Shown here in pieces: positions 27,520 to 37,268 of a DNA stretch of 45,537 nt. Source of the stretch: a candidate division WOR-3 bacterium. Its GTDB lineage: Bacteria > Hydrothermota > Tepidihabitantia > SM23-42 > JAOAFX01. The position numbers and the translations under genes were made by a program. Position 1 is the stretch's first letter. Each line of letters opens with the position of its first letter. A model generated the notes under the pieces. The model was given only the letters and a program-made list of their open reading frames with translations, had not been told where the DNA came from and did no database searches. The stretch spans positions 1 to 45,537 of the forward strand of contig JAOAFX010000006.1 in assembly GCA_026416055.1 (NCBI GenBank). The letters are read 5' to 3'.

Positions 27520-27957
27520 ATGAAATTCCTTTGTAATGGCATGCTGGGTAAACTCTGCAAATATATGAGGATGTGTGGGATTGATACAATGTATTCGAAT
27601 GAAGGGAAAAAAGCCTACATCCTTGCCCGGAAAGAAGGAAGGATTTTTATAACCAGGAATACTCAACTCAAAAATCTGGAGGGGGTATTTTTTGTTGAGA
27701 CTGAAGACCTGAAACTCCAGCTTAAGACAATCATCGAAAACTTCGATCTTACGAATAAATTAACCTTATTTTCTCGATGTATTCGATGTAATGAACCGTT
27801 AAAAGAGGTATTAAAAGAAGAGATAAGAAGACTTATTCCCTATTACACATACAAAAATTTCAATGAATTCGTCCGTTGTCCAAAATGTCTCCGTATTTAC
27901 TGGAAGGGAAGCCATTACGAAAGGATGTCACAGGAAATAAAGAAGTTGATTGATTAA
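27520..27957 (+). CDS. Mut7-C RNase domain protein
   Basis: FLCNGMLGKLCKYMRMCGIDT, EGRIFITRN, RCIRCN, CPKC.RIYWKGSH. Confidence 0.88.
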   Translation: MKFLCNGMLGKLCKYMRMCGIDTMYSNEGKKAYILARKEGRIFITRNTQLKNLEGVFFVETEDLKLQLKTIIENFDLTNKLTLFSRCIRCNEPLKEVLKEEIRRLIPYYTYKNFNEFVRCPKCLRIYWKGSHYERMSQEIKKLID

Positions 27958-29058
27958 ATGTATAAATGGTTAAAGATAATCATTTTCAATCTTTTTTTAC
28001 TTAACTGTATCCCTTATATCCAGATGAAAAGGTATGAATGCCAGGTCCGTGTCGCAGTTATTTCCGCGGCAGATTCAGTGATAGTCAGCGGAATTAAAGA
28101 CGAAAGATATTTGAAAGACTACAAAATAAAAACGACAGACAGCCTGCCGATTCTTTTAAATCCGTTCAATGGAAGGGTAGTGGTAAATGGAAAACCCTAT
28201 CGTGGAAGAATAGAGGTAAAAAAGATAAATGATAAAATATGGCTGATAAATGTTCTTAACATTGAGGACTATCTGAAAGGGGTTGTACCCTGTGAGATTG
28301 GAAAAATTGATAAAAAAATCATGGAGGCAGCAAAAGCCCAGGCAGTTGCTGCACGCACATATGCCCATGCACACTTGGGTCAGTATGCGGAAATGGGTTT
28401 TGACCTCTATGCGACAGTAAAAGACCAGGTGTACGAAGGTATGCGGGTTGAAGATTCTGTGATTAATCAGGCAATAAAAATGACCTGTGGAATCGTATTG
28501 ACCTATAAAGGCAACCCAATCGATGCCAAGTATCATTCTACCTGTGGTGGCTATACCGCAGATTATTGTGAAACTTGGGGTGGATCTCCAATTTCTTATT
28601 TGAAAAGCAAAAAATGTGAATTCTGTAAGGAAAGTCCACACGCCTTCTGGCAGAGAGAAATGACAAAGCAAGAATTTTTCAGTAATTTAAGAGCGAATCT
28701 CCGCAAACTTGGAAATCCAATCCCGGATACAGAGTTTATCAAAAGTTTAAAGTTCAAAAGAAGTCAAAAGAGTAAAAGGATTCTTGAAGTAAAAATAGTT
28801 ACTTCGCAGAGAGAATATAAGATTATCGGGTATAATATCCGCAAGCTATTCGGCTCTGTAAAAGACCCTGATGGAGTCTTGAAATCGAGTTATATAAATA
28901 TTTACGTCAAAAATGACCGGATAGTTATTGAAGGCAGAGGATACGGACATGGCGTTGGTATGTGTCAGTATGGTGCCATTGGTATGGCGAAAAAGGGAAA
29001 GAAATTTAAAGAGATTTTGAATTATTACTACCAGGGAACAAAATTGGTCCGCTTATGA
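27958..29058 (+). CDS. SpoIID/LytB-domain lytic transglycosylase-like lipoprotein
   Basis: Lipobox-like LLNC, YRG, EDYLKGVVPCE, KAQAVAARTYA, DQVY.G, YHSTCGG, GYGHGVGMCQYGA. Confidence 0.92.
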   Translation: MYKWLKIIIFNLFLLNCIPYIQMKRYECQVRVAVISAADSVIVSGIKDERYLKDYKIKTTDSLPILLNPFNGRVVVNGKPYRGRIEVKKINDKIWLINVLNIEDYLKGVVPCEIGKIDKKIMEAAKAQAVAARTYAHAHLGQYAEMGFDLYATVKDQVYEGMRVEDSVINQAIKMTCGIVLTYKGNPIDAKYHSTCGGYTADYCETWGGSPISYLKSKKCEFCKESPHAFWQREMTKQEFFSNLRANLRKLGNPIPDTEFIKSLKFKRSQKSKRILEVKIVTSQREYKIIGYNIRKLFGSVKDPDGVLKSSYINIYVKNDRIVIEGRGYGHGVGMCQYGAIGMAKKGKKFKEILNYYYQGTKLVRL

Positions 29059-29073
29059 TTTATTTAAACGGGC

Positions 29074-29101
29074 TTGACTTATTAAAAAAAAGGGTTATAA
29101 T
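29074..29101 (+). promoter_or_regulatory. Promoter of the SPFH gene
   Basis: TTGACT, 16 bp, TATAAT; SD AAGGAGG follows. Confidence 0.75.
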
Positions 29102-29119
29102 ACTGAATAATAAGGAGGA

Positions 29120-29872
29120 ATGATGGGCTTGACAACGATTCTCATCATTGTTCTCATTTTGATTGTGTTCAGCGCGATTAAAGTCTTAAGGGAATATGAA
29201 AGGGCGGTGATATTCCGATTGGGTAGATACATAGGCGTAAAAGGACCAGGGCTCTTCATCCTCTGGCCCGGGATTGATAAGATGGTGAAGGTTTCTTTAA
29301 GGGTGGTGACACTCGATGTGGCACCCCAGGATGTCATCACCAAGGACAATGTATCAGTTAAGGTCAATGCAGTTGCTTATTTTAGGGTTTTTGATGCAGC
29401 CAAGGCTGTGATTGAAGTTGAAGATTATCTTTATGCTACAAGCCAGATTGCTCAGACTACACTGCGAAGCGTTCTAGGTGAATATGAACTTGATGATCTT
29501 CTGAGTGAGAGAGAAAAGATAAATATGAGGCTCCAGAAGATCATTGATCAGCATACCGACCCATGGGGTATTAAAGTCTCAACTGTTGAAATCAAACACG
29601 TTGATATTCCCCAGGAAATGCAGCGGGCGATCGCACGCCAGGCCGAGGCAGAGCGGGAGCGTCGTGCCAAGATCATCCATGCTGAAGGCGAACTCCAGGC
29701 AGCAGAAAAACTTAACAAAGCAGCAGAAATCATCGGCCGGACCCCAACCGGCATCCAGTTGCGATTTCTACAAACCCTGACTGAGGTGGCTACTGAAAAG
29801 AATTCTACCACAATCTTTCCAATACCCATTGACCTCTTCACACCATTTATCAAAAAGATGTCTGAAAAATAA
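29120..29872 (+). CDS. SPFH/stomatin (slipin) family protein
   Basis: [57 protein letters not shown]. Confidence 0.93.
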   Translation: MMGLTTILIIVLILIVFSAIKVLREYERAVIFRLGRYIGVKGPGLFILWPGIDKMVKVSLRVVTLDVAPQDVITKDNVSVKVNAVAYFRVFDAAKAVIEVEDYLYATSQIAQTTLRSVLGEYELDDLLSEREKINMRLQKIIDQHTDPWGIKVSTVEIKHVDIPQEMQRAIARQAEAERERRAKIIHAEGELQAAEKLNKAAEIIGRTPTGIQLRFLQTLTEVATEKNSTTIFPIPIDLFTPFIKKMSEK

Positions 29873-29874
29873 TA

Positions 29875-30366
29875 ATGGTCTGCCTCTATCAACAGGAAGG
29901 GCTGGAGTTTTCTGAACTAATTAAAGATATTATAAAAAAACAATTCAATCTTCCAGTTGTGGTTGCACATAGCGTGAGGATTCCATCCCAAGCCTTCAAT
30001 CCGTTACGTACCCAGTACGATGCCATGAAAATAATAGAAACATTTGTCTACAGCCTTGATCAAAAATGCAACTGGCATCTGATCATCATTGATAAGGATA
30101 TTTACACACCGAGATTCAATTTTATATTTGGGCTTGCCGATGTCCAGAGGAATATTGCAGTAGTTTCTACATATCGCCTTAGTAAGAATGGTTTATTAAA
30201 AGAAAGGCTGGCAAAAGAAGTAGTCCATGAAATGGGACATATTCTGGGATTGAACCATTGCCCTATTCCAGTCTGTGTGATGTATTTTTCTAATACAGTT
30301 GCTGATACAGACAGGAAGGGCTTTGATTTATGTCCAGAATGCAGGAGGAAAGTTGAAAGGATATAG
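29875..30366 (+). CDS. Archaemetzincin (M54) zinc metalloprotease
   Basis: NFIFGLA, KEVVHEMGHILGLNHC, CVM.FSN, D.K..LCPEC. Confidence 0.9.
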   Translation: MVCLYQQEGLEFSELIKDIIKKQFNLPVVVAHSVRIPSQAFNPLRTQYDAMKIIETFVYSLDQKCNWHLIIIDKDIYTPRFNFIFGLADVQRNIAVVSTYRLSKNGLLKERLAKEVVHEMGHILGLNHCPIPVCVMYFSNTVADTDRKGFDLCPECRRKVERI

Positions 30367-31453
30367 ACTATTCACACCAGGGCCAACAGATATACCTAAA
30401 GATGTTCTTGAAGCAACGGCTCATAAGTGTATCTACCATAGAGAAGATAGATTCCGGATTCTTTTGAACGAAATCAATGAAATGTTAAAAAGGGTGATAG
30501 ACTGCCATCACAAGATTTACTTGTTAACCGCTTCAGGAACCGGTGCTATGGAAGCTGCTTATGTGAATATGGTTTCAGAATCGGATGATGTAGTTGTTGC
30601 AGTCTGCGGTAAATTTGGAGAAAGATGGAGTGAATTATGCATGAGTTACGGAAAGAGGCCAGAGGTCATTCGCCAGGAATTCGGGAGATCAGTGCCACCA
30701 GAAATGATTGAAAACAGACTCAGGCAAATAAAGAAAGGGGCTATTGTCTTTACAACCCTTACCGAGACATCGACCGGTGCATTGAACGATATCAAAAAAA
30801 TAAGTGAAATTGTGAAAAAGTATGAAGGATATCTTGTAGTAGATGGTGTTGCGGGTATTGGTGCAGACCGATTTTATCAGGACGGATGGGGGGTTGATGT
30901 TATTGTCGGTGCATCCCAGAAGGCATTGATGTCTCCACCCGGCATCTCATTCGTAGGTATAAATCCGCGTGCCTTTGAAAAAATTAAAAATTCTGATACA
31001 CCAAAATATTACTTCAATCTTAATCTTTATGATAAATTTTTGGAAAAAGGACAAACCCCTTGGACTCCGGCAATCACAATCTTGTATGGATTGAAAAAAG
31101 GGTTAGAAAAGATTGAAAAGATGGGTATCGAAAAAAATTTCGATCACCACCATAAAGTTGCTCAATATGTGCGGACGAGGATTCACAATATGGGTTATGA
31201 ACTATTTCCTGAAAATCCTTCAAATGGACTTACAGTGATAAAGATGCCCGAAGGTATGGATAGTACTGAAATCATAAAAGAATGCAAGGAAAAACACGGA
31301 ATACTCTTTGCCAATGGTCAGGGTGAGATGAAAGGTAAAATTCTACGTATCGGGCATATGGGTAATTATAATTTGAAAAAGATGGATAATGCCCTGAATA
31401 TTCTTGAGCAGGTTTTAAGGAAAAAGCATCGTTCTATAAAACGGTATCATTGA
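30353..31453 (+). CDS. Class V PLP aminotransferase (serine-pyruvate/alanine-glyoxylate or phosphoserine type)
   Basis: LFTPGP, SGTGAMEAA, GKFGERW, ETSTG, ASQKALMSPPG (PLP Lys), RIGHMG; TTG start at 30353 after AGGAGG. Confidence 0.9.
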   Translation: MKGYRLFTPGPTDIPKDVLEATAHKCIYHREDRFRILLNEINEMLKRVIDCHHKIYLLTASGTGAMEAAYVNMVSESDDVVVAVCGKFGERWSELCMSYGKRPEVIRQEFGRSVPPEMIENRLRQIKKGAIVFTTLTETSTGALNDIKKISEIVKKYEGYLVVDGVAGIGADRFYQDGWGVDVIVGASQKALMSPPGISFVGINPRAFEKIKNSDTPKYYFNLNLYDKFLEKGQTPWTPAITILYGLKKGLEKIEKMGIEKNFDHHHKVAQYVRTRIHNMGYELFPENPSNGLTVIKMPEGMDSTEIIKECKEKHGILFANGQGEMKGKILRIGHMGNYNLKKMDNALNILEQVLRKKHRSIKRYH

Positions 31454-31481
31454 TTTTTATGTCCCTAAGGAGGGCCGAAAA

Positions 31482-32486
31482 ATGAATCGTTATATAAAAC
31501 TCGGATATGAAGGTATAGAATTAGAACTGCCGGTCCATGCCCTTTATCTTTACCGGGATGAAAACCAGCTCCTTGAGAATATAAAACCTCTGATTAAAGA
31601 AGGGATCGATCGCAAGGAGCGGTGTATTTATATCGGAAAGGAACCCTGTGTAAAAGAATTAAAAAGCGAATTCAAAAACCAGATCATGGTTATAGAAGAA
31701 ATAATGGAAGCATCTTTATTCCTTCCCTGGTTGAAGAATGAATATGATAAAATGATAAAAAACCATATGGGGATGCGGGTCTTTGTGGAGAGTACCTCAG
31801 AATTCTTGACCTTTGAGGAATTGCTTGATGATTTTAATACCCAGCCCGATTTGAGGTTATTTGTTCTGTGCCAGTACCGGATTGAAAAGATCAGTTCACA
31901 AAATATGCTTGATATCCTGAAAAATCACCCCTATGTCTTTGTTGAGCATCTTTTAAAACCAAATTGTTTTTATTCCCGGGTTAAACACCGTATCTGGCTT
32001 GACCCACTCACCGGTATTTTCAATCGGCGATATTTTGAAAATCAACTGAGCAAGGAATTACAGAGGGCATCACGCTACGAACATGCCCTCTCCATATTAT
32101 TCATTGACATTGACAGATTCAAGAAAGTGAATGACGAATTCGGACATCAGACTGGCGACCAGGTTTTACTGGACCTTGCCCAGCTCTTAGAGAGGAATCT
32201 GAGGAGTGTAGATGTCATCGCCCGTTATGGAGGTGATGAGTTTATCATACTTTTGCCCGAGACCAAGAAGGAAGCAGCCTATAAAACTGCCAACCGGATA
32301 CTTTATGCTATACAGCAGTATGACTTTTTTAAAGAGACAAAAAAAATCAAGGAGCTGAGTGTCTCTATCGGTATTGCTTCTTTTCCTGATGATGCGGGTG
32401 GAACATATGAATTGATAAAGAAGGCAGATACTGCTCTTTACAAAGCGAAGGAAAGGGGTGGTAATCAGATTATGGTCTTTATGTGA
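31482..32486 (+). CDS. Diguanylate cyclase with N-terminal MEDS-like sensor domain
   Basis: HALYLY..EGIDRKERCIYI..LCQY..HPYV (MEDS-like); DPLTG.FNRR, DIDRFK.VND.FGH, RSVD I-site, RYGGDEF. Confidence 0.88.
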   Translation: MNRYIKLGYEGIELELPVHALYLYRDENQLLENIKPLIKEGIDRKERCIYIGKEPCVKELKSEFKNQIMVIEEIMEASLFLPWLKNEYDKMIKNHMGMRVFVESTSEFLTFEELLDDFNTQPDLRLFVLCQYRIEKISSQNMLDILKNHPYVFVEHLLKPNCFYSRVKHRIWLDPLTGIFNRRYFENQLSKELQRASRYEHALSILFIDIDRFKKVNDEFGHQTGDQVLLDLAQLLERNLRSVDVIARYGGDEFIILLPETKKEAAYKTANRILYAIQQYDFFKETKKIKELSVSIGIASFPDDAGGTYELIKKADTALYKAKERGGNQIMVFM

Positions 32487-32497
32487 AAGGAGATGAT

Positions 32498-32947
32498 ATG
32501 GCGATAACACCACTTGAGATTCGTAAACAGGAATTCAGGAGGTCCCTGCGTGGTTATGACCCACACGAAGTGCGTTCATTTCTTGAAATGGTATCTAATG
32601 AGTTAGAAAACCTTTTGCGGGAAAATGCTGCACTTGCTGAAAAGGTTAAGGACCTTGATGCCAAGATTGAAGATTACCGAAGGATGGAGAAGATATTACA
32701 GGATACCCTCACCACAACACAGAAAGCAACCGAAGAGTTAAGAGAAGGTGCAAAAAAAGAAGCTGAGACAATCATTGCAAATGCACGTGTTGAAGCCCAG
32801 CGATTTTTGCGTGAAGCCCAGGCCGAACTTGCACGTATCAAAGAAGAGACAAAGATGGTAGAACATCAAAAATTATTGCTTGTATCGGAATTCCGCGGGC
32901 TCCTTGAATCCTATCTACGGCTTCTTGAAAGACTGGAAAAGAAATGA
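32498..32947 (+). CDS. DivIVA-domain protein
   Basis: ITPLEIRKQEFRRSLRGYDPHEVRSFL followed by coiled coil; SD AAGGAG points to ATG near 32498. Confidence 0.9.
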   Translation: MAITPLEIRKQEFRRSLRGYDPHEVRSFLEMVSNELENLLRENAALAEKVKDLDAKIEDYRRMEKILQDTLTTTQKATEELREGAKKEAETIIANARVEAQRFLREAQAELARIKEETKMVEHQKLLLVSEFRGLLESYLRLLERLEKK

Positions 32948-33756
32948 AGGAGAGATTAAATCAGACCTTAGAATATATTTGCAACAGGACTGATTTAAGG
33001 CCCCGTATCGGTATAATATTAGGTACAGGGCTTGACGGTCTGGTAAAGAAGATTAAAATCAAGAAGTCATTCAATTATTCTGATATTCCAAATTTTCCTG
33101 TTTCGACTGTAGAATTTCACAAAGGAAGGTTGGTCTTTGGCTATCTTAATAACCGACCGGTACTTGTGATGCAGGGTAGATTCCATTATTACGAAGGCTA
33201 CAGTGCAAAAGAGATAGCCTTTCCCGTCGTTGTCATGAAAAAACTCGGCGTCAAATATCTCATAATCTCAAATGCTGCTGGTGGTTTGAATCCAGATTTT
33301 AAACCGAGTGATATAATGGTCATCACCGATCACATTAATCTTCTTTTTGACAACCCGCTGCGTGGACCCGATGAATTGAAAATGGGACCAAGGTATCCGG
33401 ATATGTACAACTGCTATGATCAAAGACTCATTACCCAGACTGAACATCTTGCGCAGCGCTATGGAATTTTTTTAAAGAAAGGCATTTATGTTGCGGTTCC
33501 GGGACCGAATCTGGAAACCCGTGCTGAGTATCGTTTTTTGCGGATTATCGGGGCAGATGCGGTGGGAATGTCCACGGTGCCAGAAGTAATCATGGCAAGA
33601 TACTTGGGAATAAAAGTCCTTGGTTTTTCTGTAATCACCGATATGGGCATAGCGGATGCTCTCAAACCGGCGAGTATTGTAAAGATATTGTTAGCAGCAA
33701 AAAAGGCGGAACCGAAACTGATAAAACTTGTCGAAGGCATTGTCACCAGGTTGTGA
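32944..33756 (+). CDS. Purine-nucleoside phosphorylase (trimeric PNP family)
   Basis: GIILGTGL, GRFHYYEGY, NAAGG, DHIN, GPNLETRAE, GADAVGMSTVPEV. Confidence 0.92.
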   Translation: MKERLNQTLEYICNRTDLRPRIGIILGTGLDGLVKKIKIKKSFNYSDIPNFPVSTVEFHKGRLVFGYLNNRPVLVMQGRFHYYEGYSAKEIAFPVVVMKKLGVKYLIISNAAGGLNPDFKPSDIMVITDHINLLFDNPLRGPDELKMGPRYPDMYNCYDQRLITQTEHLAQRYGIFLKKGIYVAVPGPNLETRAEYRFLRIIGADAVGMSTVPEVIMARYLGIKVLGFSVITDMGIADALKPASIVKILLAAKKAEPKLIKLVEGIVTRL

Positions 33757-34625
33757 AACTCAGTAATCTTTTATTAATCCTCATTTTTTTCTCGTGTTCC
33801 CAGAAAAATGTCCATATCAAGAATGCACGGAAATTCATAAGCCAGTGGAATTATGATCGGGCACTTATTGAGATATTAAAATACCGCGAAGATAAAGATT
33901 CAGAGGTTCAGTATCTGCTCGGTGTTTGTTATCTGGGAAAAAATGAATATGACCAGGCAAAGGAGCATTTTAAAAATTCCCTAAATATTGATACCTTTTT
34001 CCGGGATAGTATACTCAATCTTTATACAAACTCTGCAAAAAGGGCAATGAAGATTTCTGATCTGGAAAAGGCACTCCAGTTCTATAAAGCCCTTGCTGAT
34101 CTGTTACCAGATTATCAACAGGCTGACAATTTATTTCTGGTGGCAAATCTCAATTTTCAGCAAGGTGATTATTACAATGCACTGCTCGGCTATCTCCGGG
34201 CTTATCAAATTGATTCTGTATCTGAGATGGCAAGAAGGTCAATGGGGAATTTTCTGAAATCCCTCATTGAGTGTGATAGTCTGCAAGCTGCGCGCCGGAT
34301 TGCAATAAAAGAGTATAAAAGGGCTAAGACTACAGACAATCTTTTGATGCTGGGAGAAATCAATTATCTTATCGGTAAAGAATATTTTGATAAAAAAGAG
34401 TATGACAGTGCCCTGGTATATTTTAACGAAATGGCAGCCAGTCAGGAACCGAAGTCACTCCTTGATGATGTCTATTTCTATATCGCCGAGATATTCTATG
34501 CGGGGGAAAACTATAGCGATGCTCTTGAATACTACAAGAAGGTTTTGCGTCTAAACCCGTACCAAAAAGGTGAACTGGCCCAGAAATCACAGTTGAGGAT
34601 TAAAGAAATCAAGGAGAAACGATGA
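33753..34625 (+). CDS. TPR lipoprotein
   Basis: Lipobox FFSC, multiple TPR repeats (YLLGVCY, ALEYYKKVLRLNP). Confidence 0.8.
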   Translation: MKLSNLLLILIFFSCSQKNVHIKNARKFISQWNYDRALIEILKYREDKDSEVQYLLGVCYLGKNEYDQAKEHFKNSLNIDTFFRDSILNLYTNSAKRAMKISDLEKALQFYKALADLLPDYQQADNLFLVANLNFQQGDYYNALLGYLRAYQIDSVSEMARRSMGNFLKSLIECDSLQAARRIAIKEYKRAKTTDNLLMLGEINYLIGKEYFDKKEYDSALVYFNEMAASQEPKSLLDDVYFYIAEIFYAGENYSDALEYYKKVLRLNPYQKGELAQKSQLRIKEIKEKR

Positions 34626-35362
34626 GAGAAATCTGTAAAGCCAAATATTTAATTGTTTTTTTAGTAATTTTCTGCAATAAACAACCACTCGCGCCCCTTG
34701 ACCCCGATGATGAATTTGAGCGGGCACGGGAATTCTTTTATCGTAAAAAATATGATCTTGCGATTAAATCATTTGAACGGATAATATTTTATCATGCGTC
34801 AACTGAATTTGTAGATGATGCACAATTCTATCTCGCAAGATGTTATTTTGAAAAAAAAGATTTTACCCAGGCAATTACTGAATTTGAATACCTGATAAGA
34901 AATTTCCCCAATACACCCTTTTTTGAACCGAGCCATTTTCTGAGGGCGAAGGCATATTTTTTAAAATCACCGGGTTATGAAAAAGATCAGAGCGAGACGA
35001 AAGAGGCGATTTCTCTGCTCGATGATTTCATAACCCGCTTCCCTAATTCAATATATAGTGATTCCGCACGCATACTAATACTCCAGGCACGGAGTCGCCT
35101 TGCAAAGAAAGAACTGGAAAACGGTCGCCTCTATTTTAAAATGAAGGAATATGACGCAGCAGTACTGTATTTTAAATATGTAATTGAAAATTACCCTGAG
35201 ACCCAGTTTGCTGATGAAGCAAGATTTTTACTCGGACTAAGTTATGAGAAACTTGCTAAAAAGCAGGAAGCGCTGGAGTCATATAAAGAGCTTCTAAAAA
35301 ATGAAGAGTGGAAAAAGCATGCCGAAAAAAGAATACAGGGATTGGGGATTGAAAGACCGTAA
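34622..35362 (+). CDS. bamD: Outer-membrane assembly factor BamD
   Basis: Lipoprotein-like N-terminus, DDAQFYLA, DQSETKEAI..FITRFPNS, LAKKELENGRLY..AA..YF..VIENYPET. Confidence 0.85.
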   Translation: MREICKAKYLIVFLVIFCNKQPLAPLDPDDEFERAREFFYRKKYDLAIKSFERIIFYHASTEFVDDAQFYLARCYFEKKDFTQAITEFEYLIRNFPNTPFFEPSHFLRAKAYFLKSPGYEKDQSETKEAISLLDDFITRFPNSIYSDSARILILQARSRLAKKELENGRLYFKMKEYDAAVLYFKYVIENYPETQFADEARFLLGLSYEKLAKKQEALESYKELLKNEEWKKHAEKRIQGLGIERP

Positions 35363-35936
35363 TTCATCTTTCGGCATACTGGGCGGACTTTTTGATCCGC
35401 CCCATATCGGACATTTGATAATAGGCGAATGGGTCCTTGAGGAATTCAGGCTTGATAAGATTATTTTCGTACCCGCATATAATCCTCCACATAAAAATCA
35501 TTACACCCCCTTCCAGCACCGTTATGAAATGACCAGAATAGCAATCAAAAAAAATGAAAATTTTCTCATCAGTGATGTTGAAAGAAAAATCAGAGGCAAG
35601 AGTTACACTTTTAGAGTTCTCAAGGTGTTAAAAAAGATTTACCGGGATGGTGAATTTTATTTAATCATTGGTGCTGACCAGTGGAATGAGATAGATAATT
35701 GGAAATATCCGGAGTTGATATTTAAAGAGGCACGGGTTATCGTTTTGCCTCGACCACATTACAGAATAAAAAAGATAAAACCTTTTTACAATAAAATCCT
35801 GATTAGCAAAGCACCCCTTGTTGATATCTCATCAACATTGATAAGAGCAAGGATAAAAAATGGTCTGAGCATCGAATATCTGGTAGTTCCAGAGGTGGCA
35901 AATTACATCCGAAGGAATAAACTTTATCTCACTTAA
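35349..35936 (+). CDS. nadD: Nicotinate-nucleotide adenylyltransferase
   Basis: GILGGLFDPPHIGH, PPHK, SYT, IGADQ, W, ISSTLIR; start uncertain (TTG 35349 preferred). Confidence 0.92.
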   Translation: MKDRNSSFGILGGLFDPPHIGHLIIGEWVLEEFRLDKIIFVPAYNPPHKNHYTPFQHRYEMTRIAIKKNENFLISDVERKIRGKSYTFRVLKVLKKIYRDGEFYLIIGADQWNEIDNWKYPELIFKEARVIVLPRPHYRIKKIKPFYNKILISKAPLVDISSTLIRARIKNGLSIEYLVVPEVANYIRRNKLYLT

Positions 35937-37204
35937 TCACCCGCAATATCATAAAATACCAGTCCTGAAATCAATTTGGGATAAAAATCGGTCGATTTCT
36001 GGGGCATCCTTTCCCTTTTCATTGCCACGGCCCTTACCTGTTCTGGTCGGGTTGGATTCATCAGGAATGCCATCTGGAATTCACCAGAATCAACACGACT
36101 TAATGTCTCTTCTATTCCACGCTGGTATCGGATGTGGTCTTCCACTTTCTCCGGTTTTATACCCAGAAGTTCTTCAATCAAAAGTGTGTGAAGGATTGCT
36201 ACATCAAGGTCTCTGTATTCTTCGCTCCGTTCTGGCAATAATCTGCGTAGCGAAGTTATATCTTTCAATTTCAATAAATAAATGTGCTGTGGTGAGTAAA
36301 AACCGAAGGTATGTTTCTTTTCTTTTTCCAGCTCACCTTTTATTTCATTTCTACTGACCTTTCTAACATCAAAGAAATTTTTCACCTTCAAAATGAAATC
36401 ATCAATATTGAAATCCTTTAAATTCATCACCAGCCGGTGAGTAGGTAATATCACCAGTCCGGGATCCTGGATATTCACCAGGGTAACCATCTTAAAATTT
36501 GCCGGATGATTCTTATCAAGTCCACCCAGTTCATTCCGATAATTTAAGGCAGTCTCATACCGATGATGTCCGTCAGCAATGACCAGGATAGAATCTCTTA
36601 AAGTGGAAGCGATTTTCTCTATCAATTCTGGCTCGGATAGTTTCCAGAGTTTATGGGTTATAGCCCTGTCATCAACTACATCAATTACAGGCTCTTTGCA
36701 CTGTTCTTCAATCATTCCCATTACTTTATTCTCAGGATCGGTGTAAAGTAAAAAGACAGGTTCAAAGTCCTTTTTTGTGATACGGGTCAGATTGAGACGG
36801 TCTTCTTTAGGTTTTGATAATGTCTTCTCATGGGGCAGGATATCTTTTTTGCCGAGTTCTTCAAGCCGGAGTCGGCAGATGAATCCTTTGCGGATGTACT
36901 TTTTCCCTTCGATATAGAATTCCTGAAAATACGGATATATTGATTCCTCCTTTTCCTGGACGAAAATTCCGTCCCTCAACCAGTTATTGACGCAATTTCG
37001 GGCATTTTCATATTCACTTTTTCGGTCATGACCATCAGCGTAATGGGTTAAAACAAGATTAACAAAATTATATGGACTCCGCCTTTTATATTCCTTTTCC
37101 ATTTCATCAGTTATCTGGTCATAAGGCTGGGTTATGACATCTGCAAGATTCTTTATTTTGCTCAAATTATACCTTATTCCCCTGAATGGTCTTATCTCAG
37201 GCAT
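35933..37204 (-). CDS. DUF1015 family protein
   Basis: IRPFRGIRY, PYD, PHEKT, IADGHHRYETA, ILPTHR, MPQKSTDFYPK..SGL; next to serA as commonly seen. Confidence 0.9.
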   Translation of the reverse strand: MPEIRPFRGIRYNLSKIKNLADVITQPYDQITDEMEKEYKRRSPYNFVNLVLTHYADGHDRKSEYENARNCVNNWLRDGIFVQEKEESIYPYFQEFYIEGKKYIRKGFICRLRLEELGKKDILPHEKTLSKPKEDRLNLTRITKKDFEPVFLLYTDPENKVMGMIEEQCKEPVIDVVDDRAITHKLWKLSEPELIEKIASTLRDSILVIADGHHRYETALNYRNELGGLDKNHPANFKMVTLVNIQDPGLVILPTHRLVMNLKDFNIDDFILKVKNFFDVRKVSRNEIKGELEKEKKHTFGFYSPQHIYLLKLKDITSLRRLLPERSEEYRDLDVAILHTLLIEELLGIKPEKVEDHIRYQRGIEETLSRVDSGEFQMAFLMNPTRPEQVRAVAMKRERMPQKSTDFYPKLISGLVFYDIAGD

Positions 37205-37268
37205 CTAACCCCCTGTTTTTTTAATTCTGACATAAAACTGATTTAAAAACTTTTACTACCCGTTGGAT

